Assembly (NCBI GenBank): GCA_016931215.1
Contig: JAFGFD010000090.1
Coordinates: 1-43,253 of the forward strand
Origin: Candidatus Omnitrophota bacterium
GTDB lineage: Bacteria > Omnitrophota > Gorgyraeia > JAHIPI01
Direction: 5' to 3'
DNA length: 43,253 nt
The position numbers and the translations under genes are program-made. The notes beneath the pieces were generated by a model. That model worked only from the letters and a program-made list of their open reading frames with translations, had not been told where the DNA came from and did not search any database. Position 1 is the stretch's first letter; every line of letters starts with the position of its first letter. Below are positions 18,321 to 26,739 of this stretch, piece after piece.

Positions 18321-19001
18321 TCATTGCATATTAAGTTTAAATATATAAGCGATAAATAGAATACCATTTCGAATAGAGATCTTACTTCTACCCTTTATTC
18401 TGCCCTTGCAGACATATGGCAATTCGATAATTCTTTTACTCGCACATTTAATGAGTATTGCAGGCAGGCATTTAGGGCCGAATGGCTCTATATGCATATC
18501 TTCTATAATTTTTTTTCTCAATACAAAGTATCCAGACAGAGGATCCCTTATTTTTTTAAGATTCGGCAAAAATAAGTGAGTGATAAAAATGGCAAATTTT
18601 GAAAGGAACATCCTCTTCTTGGGCCAATTGAGCAGCACTGCTTTGTCGACATAGCGGCTTCCGATGACTACGTCATATTTGTTTAGGTAGTCATAAAATA
18701 CGGATAAGTACTCCGCGGGATGTTGAAAATCGGCATTTAAAGTAGCTACTATATCTCCTCCCGATTCCTTTATTCCATCCATTACAGCTGACGCCAAACC
18801 TCTCTTTCTGAGCCTGTGCAATACTTTAATATTTTTATATCTGTTCTTGAGAGACTCGGCTATTTTACCCGTTCCGTCCGGGCTGCCGTCATCCACGATT
18901 ATTATTTCATGATCGACTTTATCTAACGATTTAGCGACATCGCGGATAAAATCATCAAGATTTTCGGATTCGTTATATGTAGGTATTATTATTGAGAGCA
19001 T
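18321..19001 (-). CDS. GT2 polyprenyl-phosphate mannose/glycose synthase-like glycosyltransferase
   Basis: 226 aa. LSIIIPTYNESENL, IIIVDDGSPDGT and LNADFQHP motifs. Confidence 0.85.
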   Translation of the reverse strand: MLSIIIPTYNESENLDDFIRDVAKSLDKVDHEIIIVDDGSPDGTGKIAESLKNRYKNIKVLHRLRKRGLASAVMDGIKESGGDIVATLNADFQHPAEYLSVFYDYLNKYDVVIGSRYVDKAVLLNWPKKRMFLSKFAIFITHLFLPNLKKIRDPLSGYFVLRKKIIEDMHIEPFGPKCLPAILIKCASKRIIELPYVCKGRIKGRSKISIRNGILFIAYIFKLNMQ

Positions 19002-19013
19002 ACGGATCAGTTT

Positions 19014-20000
19014 TTATCGCTGTCTTGAGAAATAAAGCTGATGGGCCTGAAGTTCGTATCTATCTTTCGTAGAGCGAATGTATTCAATAGTTTTAGCGAT
19101 ACCGTCCTTGACGGTTATTCTCGGATCAAATCCCAGCACCTTTTTTTGCTTAGTGACATCGGCAAGGAGTCTTAAGGCGTATATATTTATCGGAACAGGA
19201 ACGTATATGGGCTCCAAAGAAGTCCCAAGGCGATCGTTTATCATTTGAACCACCTCGTTGAAACTGGTTTCTTTGCCGGTGCCAAGGTTTATTATTTCGT
19301 TCTCAAAATTAAGATCATTTGCCCTGACCAAGGCCTCTACTACATCGTCGACGAAGATAAAATCCCTCGTCTGCGTTCCGTCTCCCCATATAATAGGTCT
19401 CTGCCGTTCGAGCATTGCCCAGGCAAACAGAGATATTACGTTCGCATAACCTTCTTTAGTCTCTTCACCGTAACCAAAGACGCTAAAAGGCCTTACGCCC
19501 ATGCACCTGATGCCGTATCTTTTGAAATAATGTCCGGCGGCCTCTTCGTTAAATTTCTTTGTCAAAGACTTTAAATCAGGGGGGTCTATATTCATGTCTT
19601 CACTGTATGGCAGGTCGTTACCTTCATATACGGCACTTGTGCTTAAATAGATTATCCTTTTTATGCCTTCTTGCCTCATGCCTTCCAAGACGTTTATGAA
19701 CCCTTTAATAGTTATATCCGAACTTTCAACCGGATCTTCCTCAAACATCAAGAAAGATGAAGGTGCCGCCAGATGATAGACCATATCCATCCCGGACAGC
19801 GCCTGCCTTACGTCATCGTAGTCTCTTATATCTATTTCAACTACGGCAGATTCAATGCCGCTACCTAGCAAACGATCCCGACTGCCGATTTTAAAATTGT
19901 CCAAAACTTTTATATTATGGCCGGTTGACAATAAAACCTTAGCGAGCCTTCTTCCTATAAAACCGCCACCCCCGGTTATCAGTATGTTCATTATTTTCAC
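19014..20000 (-). CDS. NAD-dependent nucleotide-sugar epimerase/dehydratase (extended SDR)
   Basis: 328 aa. ILITGGGGFIGRRL glycine-rich motif. Length and layout resemble GalE/UXS. Confidence 0.85.
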   Translation of the reverse strand: MKIMNILITGGGGFIGRRLAKVLLSTGHNIKVLDNFKIGSRDRLLGSGIESAVVEIDIRDYDDVRQALSGMDMVYHLAAPSSFLMFEEDPVESSDITIKGFINVLEGMRQEGIKRIIYLSTSAVYEGNDLPYSEDMNIDPPDLKSLTKKFNEEAAGHYFKRYGIRCMGVRPFSVFGYGEETKEGYANVISLFAWAMLERQRPIIWGDGTQTRDFIFVDDVVEALVRANDLNFENEIINLGTGKETSFNEVVQMINDRLGTSLEPIYVPVPINIYALRLLADVTKQKKVLGFDPRITVKDGIAKTIEYIRSTKDRYELQAHQLYFSRQR

Positions 20001-21436
20001 CCCTCTCTTTTCTTATAGAGATACAGTATAAGTGTCTGGTCAAGCGCATTGTATTCTCCCGAATATACATTATAGTATACTACATCAAATATCTTATCGA
20101 TTTTTTTATCCGTGAACATCCCAGGTTTTCCCTGTATAAACCATAGCCTTTCGTAATTTTTTAAGTCGACGTTATCGCGGAGGATAAACCAATTTGCCTT
20201 GCTGCTAAAATTGGAGTAGTGATCAAAAAGATACATCTGCCTTTTGTCGAGAAAAAAAACTGCGTCGTTGACGTTTGCATTGCCGTCAAAATAACTTGCC
20301 GCGGACCTGTAATCGGCGTTCCTGTTTGTCGTAAAATATTGGAATAGACTAACGGTAGAAAAGGAGAAAATAAGACAGACACCTATGACCTTGATGTATC
20401 TTTTTTTGACGGTCAATAATCCTACGGCGGTTGCTATGTAGAAAGCGGTAGAGGAACCTATCGCATACTTGGGTCGGAACCTATCCGGTGATAGTATTAA
20501 AAAAACGAGAAGAAAAGGTATGATAAGCCATGTCAATAGAATCAACGCATTTTCTTTTTTCAAATTCCCTTCAAGGACATCCGCGCCTCTATTTCTACTA
20601 TTGAGGAAAAAATTAAGCACTGCTATCAGAGATATCATCATTAAGAAATAAGAGCGGGAAGACCACTGGAAGGCAGTCTCCGCTATGTCGCTGAACCGTC
20701 GCACGGGAAATATAAAAAAGTAAGCCTGCCCCGAGTATATATGATTGATTAAATAGGAGAACCTTTTTGAGGTTGCAAAAAAAGACAAAAGTGGCAAAAG
20801 CAATAATGTCAACAGAGATAGCTGTATAAACCAGAACTTTAGCTTTTTAGTTTCAAGCCGCCTATATTTAATAGAATAAAGAACAAGAAAAATAACTTGA
20901 GCCATAATGACAAATAACCCTATGCAATGTGTATAAAAAAGCAATACGCTGGACAAGATATAACCTATTATCGTATATTTGGCTCTGAATGATAGCAATC
21001 GTATGAAAAAGTAGAAGGATGACAGAGTCAGCATGGAGACCAAGCTGTACATCCTGGCTTCCTGGGAATAACTTATGTGGAAGGAGGAGATGGACAATAA
21101 AAGGGCACTCAATAGACCGATTTCTTTATTAAAAATAATCTCGCCCACTTTGTAGATTATCAATATGGCGAGAACGCCGAATATGGCAGACAGAAATCTT
21201 ATAGAATACTCCGTATTACCGAATATACCGATCCAGTACCGCAATAGAATGTAGTAAAGAGGGCCATGAAAGAAAGAAGCGCGCTCTTTTATAATTTCAT
21301 TAATTCCCGACTCGGCGGTGTGTATTGCAATACCTTCGTCCGTCCATAGACTTTCCGAACCTAAATGATAAAGCCTAAGAAACAATCCAATTAAAAAAAT
21401 AGAGGTCAAAACTAAAATGTGAAGATGACGTCTCAT
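19997..21436 (-). CDS. GT-C fold membrane glycosyltransferase (GT39/ArnT-like)
   Basis: 479 aa. SLWTDEGIAIH first-loop motif, about 11 TM helices. Overlaps the downstream epimerase start by 4 nt. Confidence 0.7.
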   Translation of the reverse strand: MRRHLHILVLTSIFLIGLFLRLYHLGSESLWTDEGIAIHTAESGINEIIKERASFFHGPLYYILLRYWIGIFGNTEYSIRFLSAIFGVLAILIIYKVGEIIFNKEIGLLSALLLSISSFHISYSQEARMYSLVSMLTLSSFYFFIRLLSFRAKYTIIGYILSSVLLFYTHCIGLFVIMAQVIFLVLYSIKYRRLETKKLKFWFIQLSLLTLLLLPLLSFFATSKRFSYLINHIYSGQAYFFIFPVRRFSDIAETAFQWSSRSYFLMMISLIAVLNFFLNSRNRGADVLEGNLKKENALILLTWLIIPFLLVFLILSPDRFRPKYAIGSSTAFYIATAVGLLTVKKRYIKVIGVCLIFSFSTVSLFQYFTTNRNADYRSAASYFDGNANVNDAVFFLDKRQMYLFDHYSNFSSKANWFILRDNVDLKNYERLWFIQGKPGMFTDKKIDKIFDVVYYNVYSGEYNALDQTLILYLYKKREG

Positions 21437-21687
21437 ATTTATCTATGACATTAAACTATCTTGACAAGTTCTCTGTAACTGTTCTGCGGAGTAAGCTTTT
21501 TACTTTACTATTCTATTATATATGGATGTCAAAGGCAACGAGTTTTAATTTTGACGATTTTATATAAAAAAGTTTAAGACGGGCGCTTTCATGAAGTAAA
21601 AAATCTTGATATCCGATGAGCCGATATAAATGTCATGTGCTGTCAAAATAACCGTTATAACGGAAAAATAAGGAGAAACTTACTTCT

Positions 21688-21715
21688 TTACAACATTAAA
21701 AAAATCTGGTATTAT
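21688..21715 (+). promoter_or_regulatory. Sigma70-type promoter candidate for tRNA-Ser(UGA)
   Basis: TTACAA, 16 nt, TATTAT, with an extended -10 (tggtattat). Lies ~90 nt upstream of the tRNA. Confidence 0.45.
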
Positions 21716-21804
21716 GGACACGGATTTCACGATGGAAGAAGTATATGTGCCCCACACTTAGTAATACCCGGCCTTGTAAATAGTGTGGTTGAGTTACAGC
21801 TATC

Positions 21805-21895
21805 GGAGGAGTGGCTGAGCGGTTGAAAGCGGCGGTCTTGAAAACCGTTAGACTCTTTACGGGTCTCAGGGGTTCGAATCCTCTCTCCTCCGCCA
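21805..21895 (+). tRNA. tRNA-Ser (anticodon UGA)
   Basis: Acceptor ggaggag/ctcctcc, anticodon arm gcggt-cTTGAaa-accgt, long variable arm, T arm agggg-ttcgaat-cctct, discriminator G, encoded CCA. Confidence 0.95.
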
Positions 21896-22060
21896 GGATT
21901 TAAAATTGCAGCGGAGTTTTAGGATTCGAAGCGAGCGAACGCGCGACGGGCAGGAGCGATGAGGCCGTAAGTCGAAGACCGACCGCAGTGAGCGAGGGGA
22001 GGTTACGCAAGCGAGCTCCGCGAGCTGTAGTAACCGAATCCTCTCTCCTCCGCCAGGATT
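21896..22060 (+). repeat. tRNA-3'-flank element, copy S-A (divergent), ending in an exact 26-nt copy of the tRNA-Ser 3' end
   Basis: 22035-22060 equals 21875-21900 (cgaatcctctctcctccgccaggatt). The 5' half shares ttcgaa(g/t)(c/t)gag..cg(c)cgac...(t/c)aggag with copies S-B and K. Confidence 0.55.
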
Positions 22061-22232
22061 ATTACAAGATGCGGAGATGCTGAATTCGAATTGAGCCGGC
22101 GCCGACAAATAGGAGGAAAAGCGCGTACTTCTAAGTAAAACCCCAGATAGCGACAGCCGGCGATTGGCCGACCCGAACACCCTGGGGCCGAAGTTTAGGC
22201 CGGGGTGAGGGCGCCGAATCCTCTCCCCACTT
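22061..22232 (+). repeat. tRNA-3'-flank element, copy S-B, ending in a decayed copy of the tRNA-Ser 3' end
   Basis: Collinear with copy K (cgccgac..taggaggaaaagcgc.tacttc, agatagcgacag, ggccgacccga, gagggcgcc). The terminal ccgaatcctctc (22214-22225) matches the tRNA T-loop/T-stem and then diverges. The period from the previous copy is 180 nt, as at tRNA-Lys. Confidence 0.6.
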
Positions 22233-22291
22233 TATATTTGGTGGTTTTTATAATTATATATTAAAAGAAAGCGGAAGACTAAGGGAAAAAA

Positions 22292-23437
22292 GTGGTTAAA
22301 GATAAAACTAGCAACGATAGCCTAGTTAGACGTGTCGGTAAAAGTATTGCGATCGTATTTCTTTTATATACCTTTCTTCTTAGTATTTCCTTGATGAGTC
22401 ACGCTTTTAAAGGGTTTGGCAAAGAGTTTGCCGAAACATTGATCAGTACGACCTCCAACCCTTTTATAGCTTTTTTTGTCGGACTTCTTGCTACTAGCAT
22501 AATCCAGAGCTCAGGTACCGTTACTTCGACAATCGTTGCCTTTGTGGCTTCGGGGGCACTTAGCGTAAGGTGTGCCATACCTATTATTATGGGTGCCAAC
22601 ATCGGCACTACAGTTACCAATACGTTGGTAGCTTTGGGACATTTTAGCAGACGTGAGGAGTTTAGGCGCGCTTTAAGCTGTTCTACCATACATGATTTTT
22701 TTAACTTGCTTACCGCCGCGATTCTGTTGCCCATTGAATTATCGACTCACTATCTGGAGAGGACGGCTGGATTTTTTGCTGCGCGATTTTGTGAAATTTC
22801 CGGCATGAACGTACGGAACCCTTTAGATTTTATTATAAAACCGGCTATCAGGACTATCGATGGCATTTTTATTGACGCTATTCATCTTCCAACAAAAGTG
22901 GCGAGTATATGTATGCTTATTTTCGCCTTGACCACTTTGTTTCTGTCACTTATCTATGGGATGAAGATTATGAGATCGCTTATAATAGAAAGGACTGAAA
23001 CCGTTTTAAATAATGTGTTGGGAAAAAACGCCACACTAGTCATGCTTATGGGCGTATTTTTTACTGCTCTTGTGCACAGTAGTTCAGTTACAACATCGAT
23101 TATGGTTCCTATCGTCGCATCAGGCATTCTTACCGTAGATAATGCTTTTCCTATTACATTGGGAGCAAATCTCGGCACGACCTTTACGGCTTTAATAGCA
23201 TCTCTTACGGGTAATGTAGCTGCGGTAACAATAGCCTTAGCACATTTTATTTTTAACTTAACAGGCATACTTATTTTTTATCCGCTAAAAATACTTAGGA
23301 ACATTCCATTAACAATGGCTAAGAAAATGGGGGAGATAGCATATAAGAAACCAATATATGCGTTTATGTATGTAGTGGTAGTCTTTTTCATTACACCGAG
23401 CATTTTGATATTTATTTCACGTCTACTCAAATGGTAG
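22292..23437 (+). CDS. Na+/phosphate symporter family protein (NptA/YjbB-like transmembrane domain)
   Basis: 381 aa, GTG start. Duplicated SSG/SSS-T-TS..V and GANIGTT / GANLGTT motifs typical of PF02690. Confidence 0.85.
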   Translation: MVKDKTSNDSLVRRVGKSIAIVFLLYTFLLSISLMSHAFKGFGKEFAETLISTTSNPFIAFFVGLLATSIIQSSGTVTSTIVAFVASGALSVRCAIPIIMGANIGTTVTNTLVALGHFSRREEFRRALSCSTIHDFFNLLTAAILLPIELSTHYLERTAGFFAARFCEISGMNVRNPLDFIIKPAIRTIDGIFIDAIHLPTKVASICMLIFALTTLFLSLIYGMKIMRSLIIERTETVLNNVLGKNATLVMLMGVFFTALVHSSSVTTSIMVPIVASGILTVDNAFPITLGANLGTTFTALIASLTGNVAAVTIALAHFIFNLTGILIFYPLKILRNIPLTMAKKMGEIAYKKPIYAFMYVVVVFFITPSILIFISRLLKW

Positions 23438-23446
23438 GAGGAAAAC

Positions 23447-24127
23447 ATGTTCAAGAATTTTATATCATTTTGGCGAGGGAAAGATTTTTTGAGCCAAATT
23501 CTGGAAGATTTTAATAAAATGGGCGAAGATACGGAGGATATGTTCAATTCCGTGCTTGAGAAGCTTTTAGAATCCAGGCAAATAGAAGGATTGAAAGACA
23601 AGATTTACTCTGTCGACAAAAAAGTTAATAAACTAGAAAAGGAAATAAGAAAACGTATTGTAGAACATTTGTCCGTACAGCCCACGGTGGATGTCCCAGC
23701 CTGTCTTCTCATGATGAGCGTTGTAAAAGACTCCGAGAGAATAGGCGACTACTGTAAAAATCTATATGAGGTTACGGAACTTCTTAAAAGTCCTTTGGAT
23801 AAGAAAAAGTTCAAAGATTTGTTCAACAATATAGACGAAGAGATTAAAAAGGAGTTCAAAAAAACACGACAGGCCTTTACGAATTCTGACGAAGAACTTG
23901 CCAGAGAGGTTTTAAGTCTGGAGACGGTGATAGTCAAGAGATGTGATAGCATTGTGAGAAAACTGGCGGCAAGCTCGCTTAAAACAAATGAAGCTGTATG
24001 CCTTGCACTCATAGCTCGCTATTTTAAAAGGATAGCTGCGCATTTGGCGAACATAGGCTCATCTGTAATCTTGCCTATAAGCGATTTAGATTTCTTTGAC
24101 GAAAAAGTAAGACGGGAAAAAAGTTAA
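23447..24127 (+). CDS. PhoU-domain protein (split-off cytoplasmic partner of the Na/Pi symporter)
   Basis: 226 aa, all-helical. DSERIGDYCKNL and FKRIAAHLANIGSSV are PhoU-type helix motifs. Lies 9 nt downstream of the symporter. Confidence 0.7.
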   Translation: MFKNFISFWRGKDFLSQILEDFNKMGEDTEDMFNSVLEKLLESRQIEGLKDKIYSVDKKVNKLEKEIRKRIVEHLSVQPTVDVPACLLMMSVVKDSERIGDYCKNLYEVTELLKSPLDKKKFKDLFNNIDEEIKKEFKKTRQAFTNSDEELAREVLSLETVIVKRCDSIVRKLAASSLKTNEAVCLALIARYFKRIAAHLANIGSSVILPISDLDFFDEKVRREKS

Positions 24128-24190
24128 ATAGAGATTTAATATTACGTATTTAACGTGCATAACTGCATGGGGTATAGGAGGAATTGACAT

Positions 24191-24565
24191 ATGTATTCAG
24201 GAATAAATTACGGAGGCTGGGGACTACTGTTGCTTGCAATGGGGGTCGGTTATTTAATCTGCTTAAAAGCAGCAAAAGAGAATACAAAATTATTTCAATA
24301 CGCCGGTTATGTTATAGGTGTAGTCATGATTACATTGAGTTTCGTACTTTCGCTCTTTAATATAGGTGACACTGTTGCAAGTATAAAAATGACCGTGAGA
24401 AGGGCGAGAAGAACGACCCTGCGTTCGAGCAGAAATGCTACCCCTCAACAAAAAAGGGATACAACTATTCCTCAACCTGCCACAGATTTGGATACTAAAT
24501 TAGGTTTACCCAGAAAAGCCATTGGTATAAGCGGGGAGAGGACAGAACCTAATACGGAAAGGTAA
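24191..24565 (+). CDS. Small membrane protein with a basic C-terminal tail, unknown function
   Basis: 124 aa. Two predicted TM helices, SD aggagg 8 nt upstream. No family recognised. Confidence 0.4.
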   Translation: MYSGINYGGWGLLLLAMGVGYLICLKAAKENTKLFQYAGYVIGVVMITLSFVLSLFNIGDTVASIKMTVRRARRTTLRSSRNATPQQKRDTTIPQPATDLDTKLGLPRKAIGISGERTEPNTER

Positions 24566-24614
24566 TCCCTCTGGTCTTCACTCCGCTGTATTGTATTTAA
24601 AAAGTCGTCTATAA

Positions 24615-24704
24615 GGAGAGGTGCGAGAGCGGTTGAATCGACCTGCTTGGAGAGCAGGCGTAGCCGCAAGGCTACCCAGGGTTCGAATCCCTGCCTCTCC
24701 GCCA
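24615..24704 (+). tRNA. tRNA-Ser (anticodon GGA)
   Basis: Acceptor ggagagg/cctctcc, anticodon arm cctgc-tTGGAga-gcagg, long variable arm (gtagcc gcaa ggctac), T arm caggg-ttcgaat-ccctg, encoded CCA. Confidence 0.95.
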
Positions 24705-24849
24705 GTTGGGAAATGTCTTTGTTGGCTCGCCCTCTGCGAGGGTTCGCCAGCCGATTTTAAGCGCAAATTGGAATTTTTTATCTTTCAAAATGAAGTTCGA
24801 GCCGATATTTTTTCAGGTTCTTTGGCAGTTTTTCAATCCGAAAGGGTCG

Positions 24850-24896
24850 CTTCCGCAGGCGGGCGGAAGGGGGGTTTGGGGGGAATTCCGCCCGCC
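24850..24896 (+). promoter_or_regulatory. GC-rich, mutually exclusive hairpins (terminator or switch candidate)
   Basis: cttccgc (24850-56) can pair with gcggaag (24863-69). Alternatively ggcgggcggaa (24858-68) can pair with ttccgcccgcc (24886-96), enclosing a G6-T3-G6 loop. Confidence 0.35.
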
Positions 24897-24992
24897 CTAC
24901 AAATTTTGGGCGAAATCTGTTCGAATTTTTTGAAAGCACACCGCCATCCTTTTCGAGAATATACAACTCGAACCTCATCAATCAGTTAATCC

Positions 24993-25022
24993 TTGTAGGC
25001 ATCCGCGATAGAATGGTATAAT
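24993..25022 (+). promoter_or_regulatory. Sigma70-type promoter candidate abutting the helicase ATG
   Basis: TTGTAG, 18 nt, TATAAT, with an extended -10 (tggtataat). Only 6 nt separate the -10 from the ATG at 25029, and no SD is present. Confidence 0.45.
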
Positions 25023-25028
25023 ATTCGC

Positions 25029-26267
25029 ATGACGTATATAACAGAACAGCCAAATATTTCATTTGACGGGTTAGGTATTGCTCCGAAGATTATTGAGACA
25101 CTTGACAAGATGCGGTTTGCCCACCCAACGCCCATACAGCACAAGGCAATTCCGATAGGAATAGAAGGTAAGGATATTATAGGAGTTGCTCAGACAGGCA
25201 CGGGTAAAACGCTTGCCTTCGCTATCCCCATTATCCAGCATCTCTCCAAGAAAAAAGGACGATGTTTAGTTCTCACCCCCACAAGAGAGCTTGCTATCCA
25301 AGTCGATGAGACATTTCGGAAGATCGCTCCGATATTCGGTATAAAGACGGTCGTTATAATAGGGGGCGCATCTATGAACTTACAACTTAAGGCGTTGAAA
25401 TATAATCCAGGAGTCCTTATTGCAACACCTGGCCGCCTTGTAGACCATATGGAGCGGCGCACTGTTCACTTGCATGATATAGATTTTCTGGTACTAGATG
25501 AGGCCGATAGGATGCTAGACATGGGGTTTAAACCGCAGATCGATCATATCCTTAAAGTCATACCTAGGAACAGGCAGACGATGCTTTTTTCGGCCACTAT
25601 TCCGGCAGACGTTATTGCAATAGCGGCTCATCACATGAAACTTCCGGTTCATATCGAGGTCGCACCATCAGGTACGGCACCCGAACTAATCGCACAGGAG
25701 ATTTTTATAGTTAAAAAAGAGGCAAAAAAATATCTCCTGGAAAAATTACTTTCTCAGTACCACGGACCAGTGCTTATTTTTTTACGTACAAAGATTGGCG
25801 CCAGAAAGATTACCCGGCATATCAGGGAAAATGGGCATAAAGCCGCCGAAATCCACTCGGACCGCTCGCTGAGTCAGCGAAAAGAGGCACTAGCTGGTTT
25901 TAAAGACGGAAGATACAGAATACTCGTTGCTACGGATATCGCAGCAAGAGGTATTGACGTTGCCGGTATAGAACTTGTTATAAACTATGATCTTCCTGAC
26001 GATATAGAACAATACGTTCACCGCATCGGCCGGACAGGTCGCGCGGGCCACGAAGGCAGGGCCGTATCTTTTGCGACACCGGACCAAGGCAAAGAAGTCC
26101 GCAATATAGAAAAACTTATAAAAATTGCATTACCTATAACCGAACACCCTGATCTACCTCGTGAAAACTTTGTTCAGGAACATAAGCAAACGTATAGTTT
26201 CGCACCTCGCAACAAGCGCAGAAGAGGTCGTCACGGGTTACGTAAGATACGGAGTAGAGGTAGATAA
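25029..26267 (+). CDS. DEAD-box ATP-dependent RNA helicase (RhlE-like)
   Basis: 412 aa. Q motif, AQTGTGKT, PTRELA, DEAD, SAT, HRIGRTGRAG and a basic C-terminal tail. Confidence 0.95.
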   Translation: MTYITEQPNISFDGLGIAPKIIETLDKMRFAHPTPIQHKAIPIGIEGKDIIGVAQTGTGKTLAFAIPIIQHLSKKKGRCLVLTPTRELAIQVDETFRKIAPIFGIKTVVIIGGASMNLQLKALKYNPGVLIATPGRLVDHMERRTVHLHDIDFLVLDEADRMLDMGFKPQIDHILKVIPRNRQTMLFSATIPADVIAIAAHHMKLPVHIEVAPSGTAPELIAQEIFIVKKEAKKYLLEKLLSQYHGPVLIFLRTKIGARKITRHIRENGHKAAEIHSDRSLSQRKEALAGFKDGRYRILVATDIAARGIDVAGIELVINYDLPDDIEQYVHRIGRTGRAGHEGRAVSFATPDQGKEVRNIEKLIKIALPITEHPDLPRENFVQEHKQTYSFAPRNKRRRGRHGLRKIRSRGR

Positions 26268-26276
26268 TAACAGAAC

Positions 26277-26732
26277 ATGTCAGGTCTTTTCATGACTATA
26301 TCGTGGATTAATAGACAGATTGCAGTAAGCGCAGCCTTTGCAGATGATGATATACCTTTACTCAAAGAGCAAGGCATAAACGCAGTTTTAGATATACGCT
26401 CAGAACGGGCAGATAATGAAGAGCTTCTTAAGAAACACGGTATGAAATATATGCAGGTTAAGGTGGATGACACATTTAGCCCTTCATTCGGCCAACTCGA
26501 AATAATTATGGAATTTATAGAACCGTTGCTGGAAAGAGGGCGTAAGGTGCTTATACACTGTCAGCATGGAGCCGGTAGATCTAATCTTGTTGCAGTTGCG
26601 GTGCTGGCACGACAGGGGATGGATGTTTCTGCCGCTGTCCGACTAATTAAAGAAAGACACCCTAATTGCGGATTCAGCAATAGTCAAAAAAGCTTCCTGG
26701 ATAGCGAACTGAGTAAATTTCTAAACAAGTGA
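26277..26732 (+). CDS. Dual-specificity / PTP-superfamily phosphatase
   Basis: 151 aa. Active-site loop HCQHGAGRS (CX5R-S). Confidence 0.75.
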   Translation: MSGLFMTISWINRQIAVSAAFADDDIPLLKEQGINAVLDIRSERADNEELLKKHGMKYMQVKVDDTFSPSFGQLEIIMEFIEPLLERGRKVLIHCQHGAGRSNLVAVAVLARQGMDVSAAVRLIKERHPNCGFSNSQKSFLDSELSKFLNK

Positions 26733-26739
26733 CTACCAT

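Noticed and set aside
21635-21826. 63-aa plus-strand ORF upstream of tRNA-Ser(UGA).
   Set aside because: It spans the predicted tRNA promoter and leader and runs into the tRNA itself. There is no RBS and it has no recognisable features.
21875-22232. Three direct repeats with 160-180-nt spacing could be mistaken for a mini CRISPR array.
   Set aside because: The repeats are the 3' end of the adjacent tRNA. The 'spacers' are far too long and are homologous to each other and to the tRNA-Lys locus. No cas genes are present.
24705-24760. Sequence after tRNA-Ser(GGA) (ggctcgccctctgcgagggttcgccagcc) considered as a fourth tRNA-end duplication or tRNA-like fragment.
   Set aside because: It contains a ggttcg-like string but no copy of this tRNA's own 3' end (gaatccctgcctctccgcca), and none of the conserved element blocks. 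It is more simply an imperfect hairpin, possibly a terminator.
24578-24989. Track ORFs 24578-24766 (-), 24621-24989 (+), 24706-24933 (+) and 24778-24981 (-).
   Set aside because: They overlap tRNA-Ser(GGA) or the GC-rich hairpin spacer. They have no SD and odd composition (Arg/Gly/Pro runs caused by G/C tracts). I treat them as non-coding.
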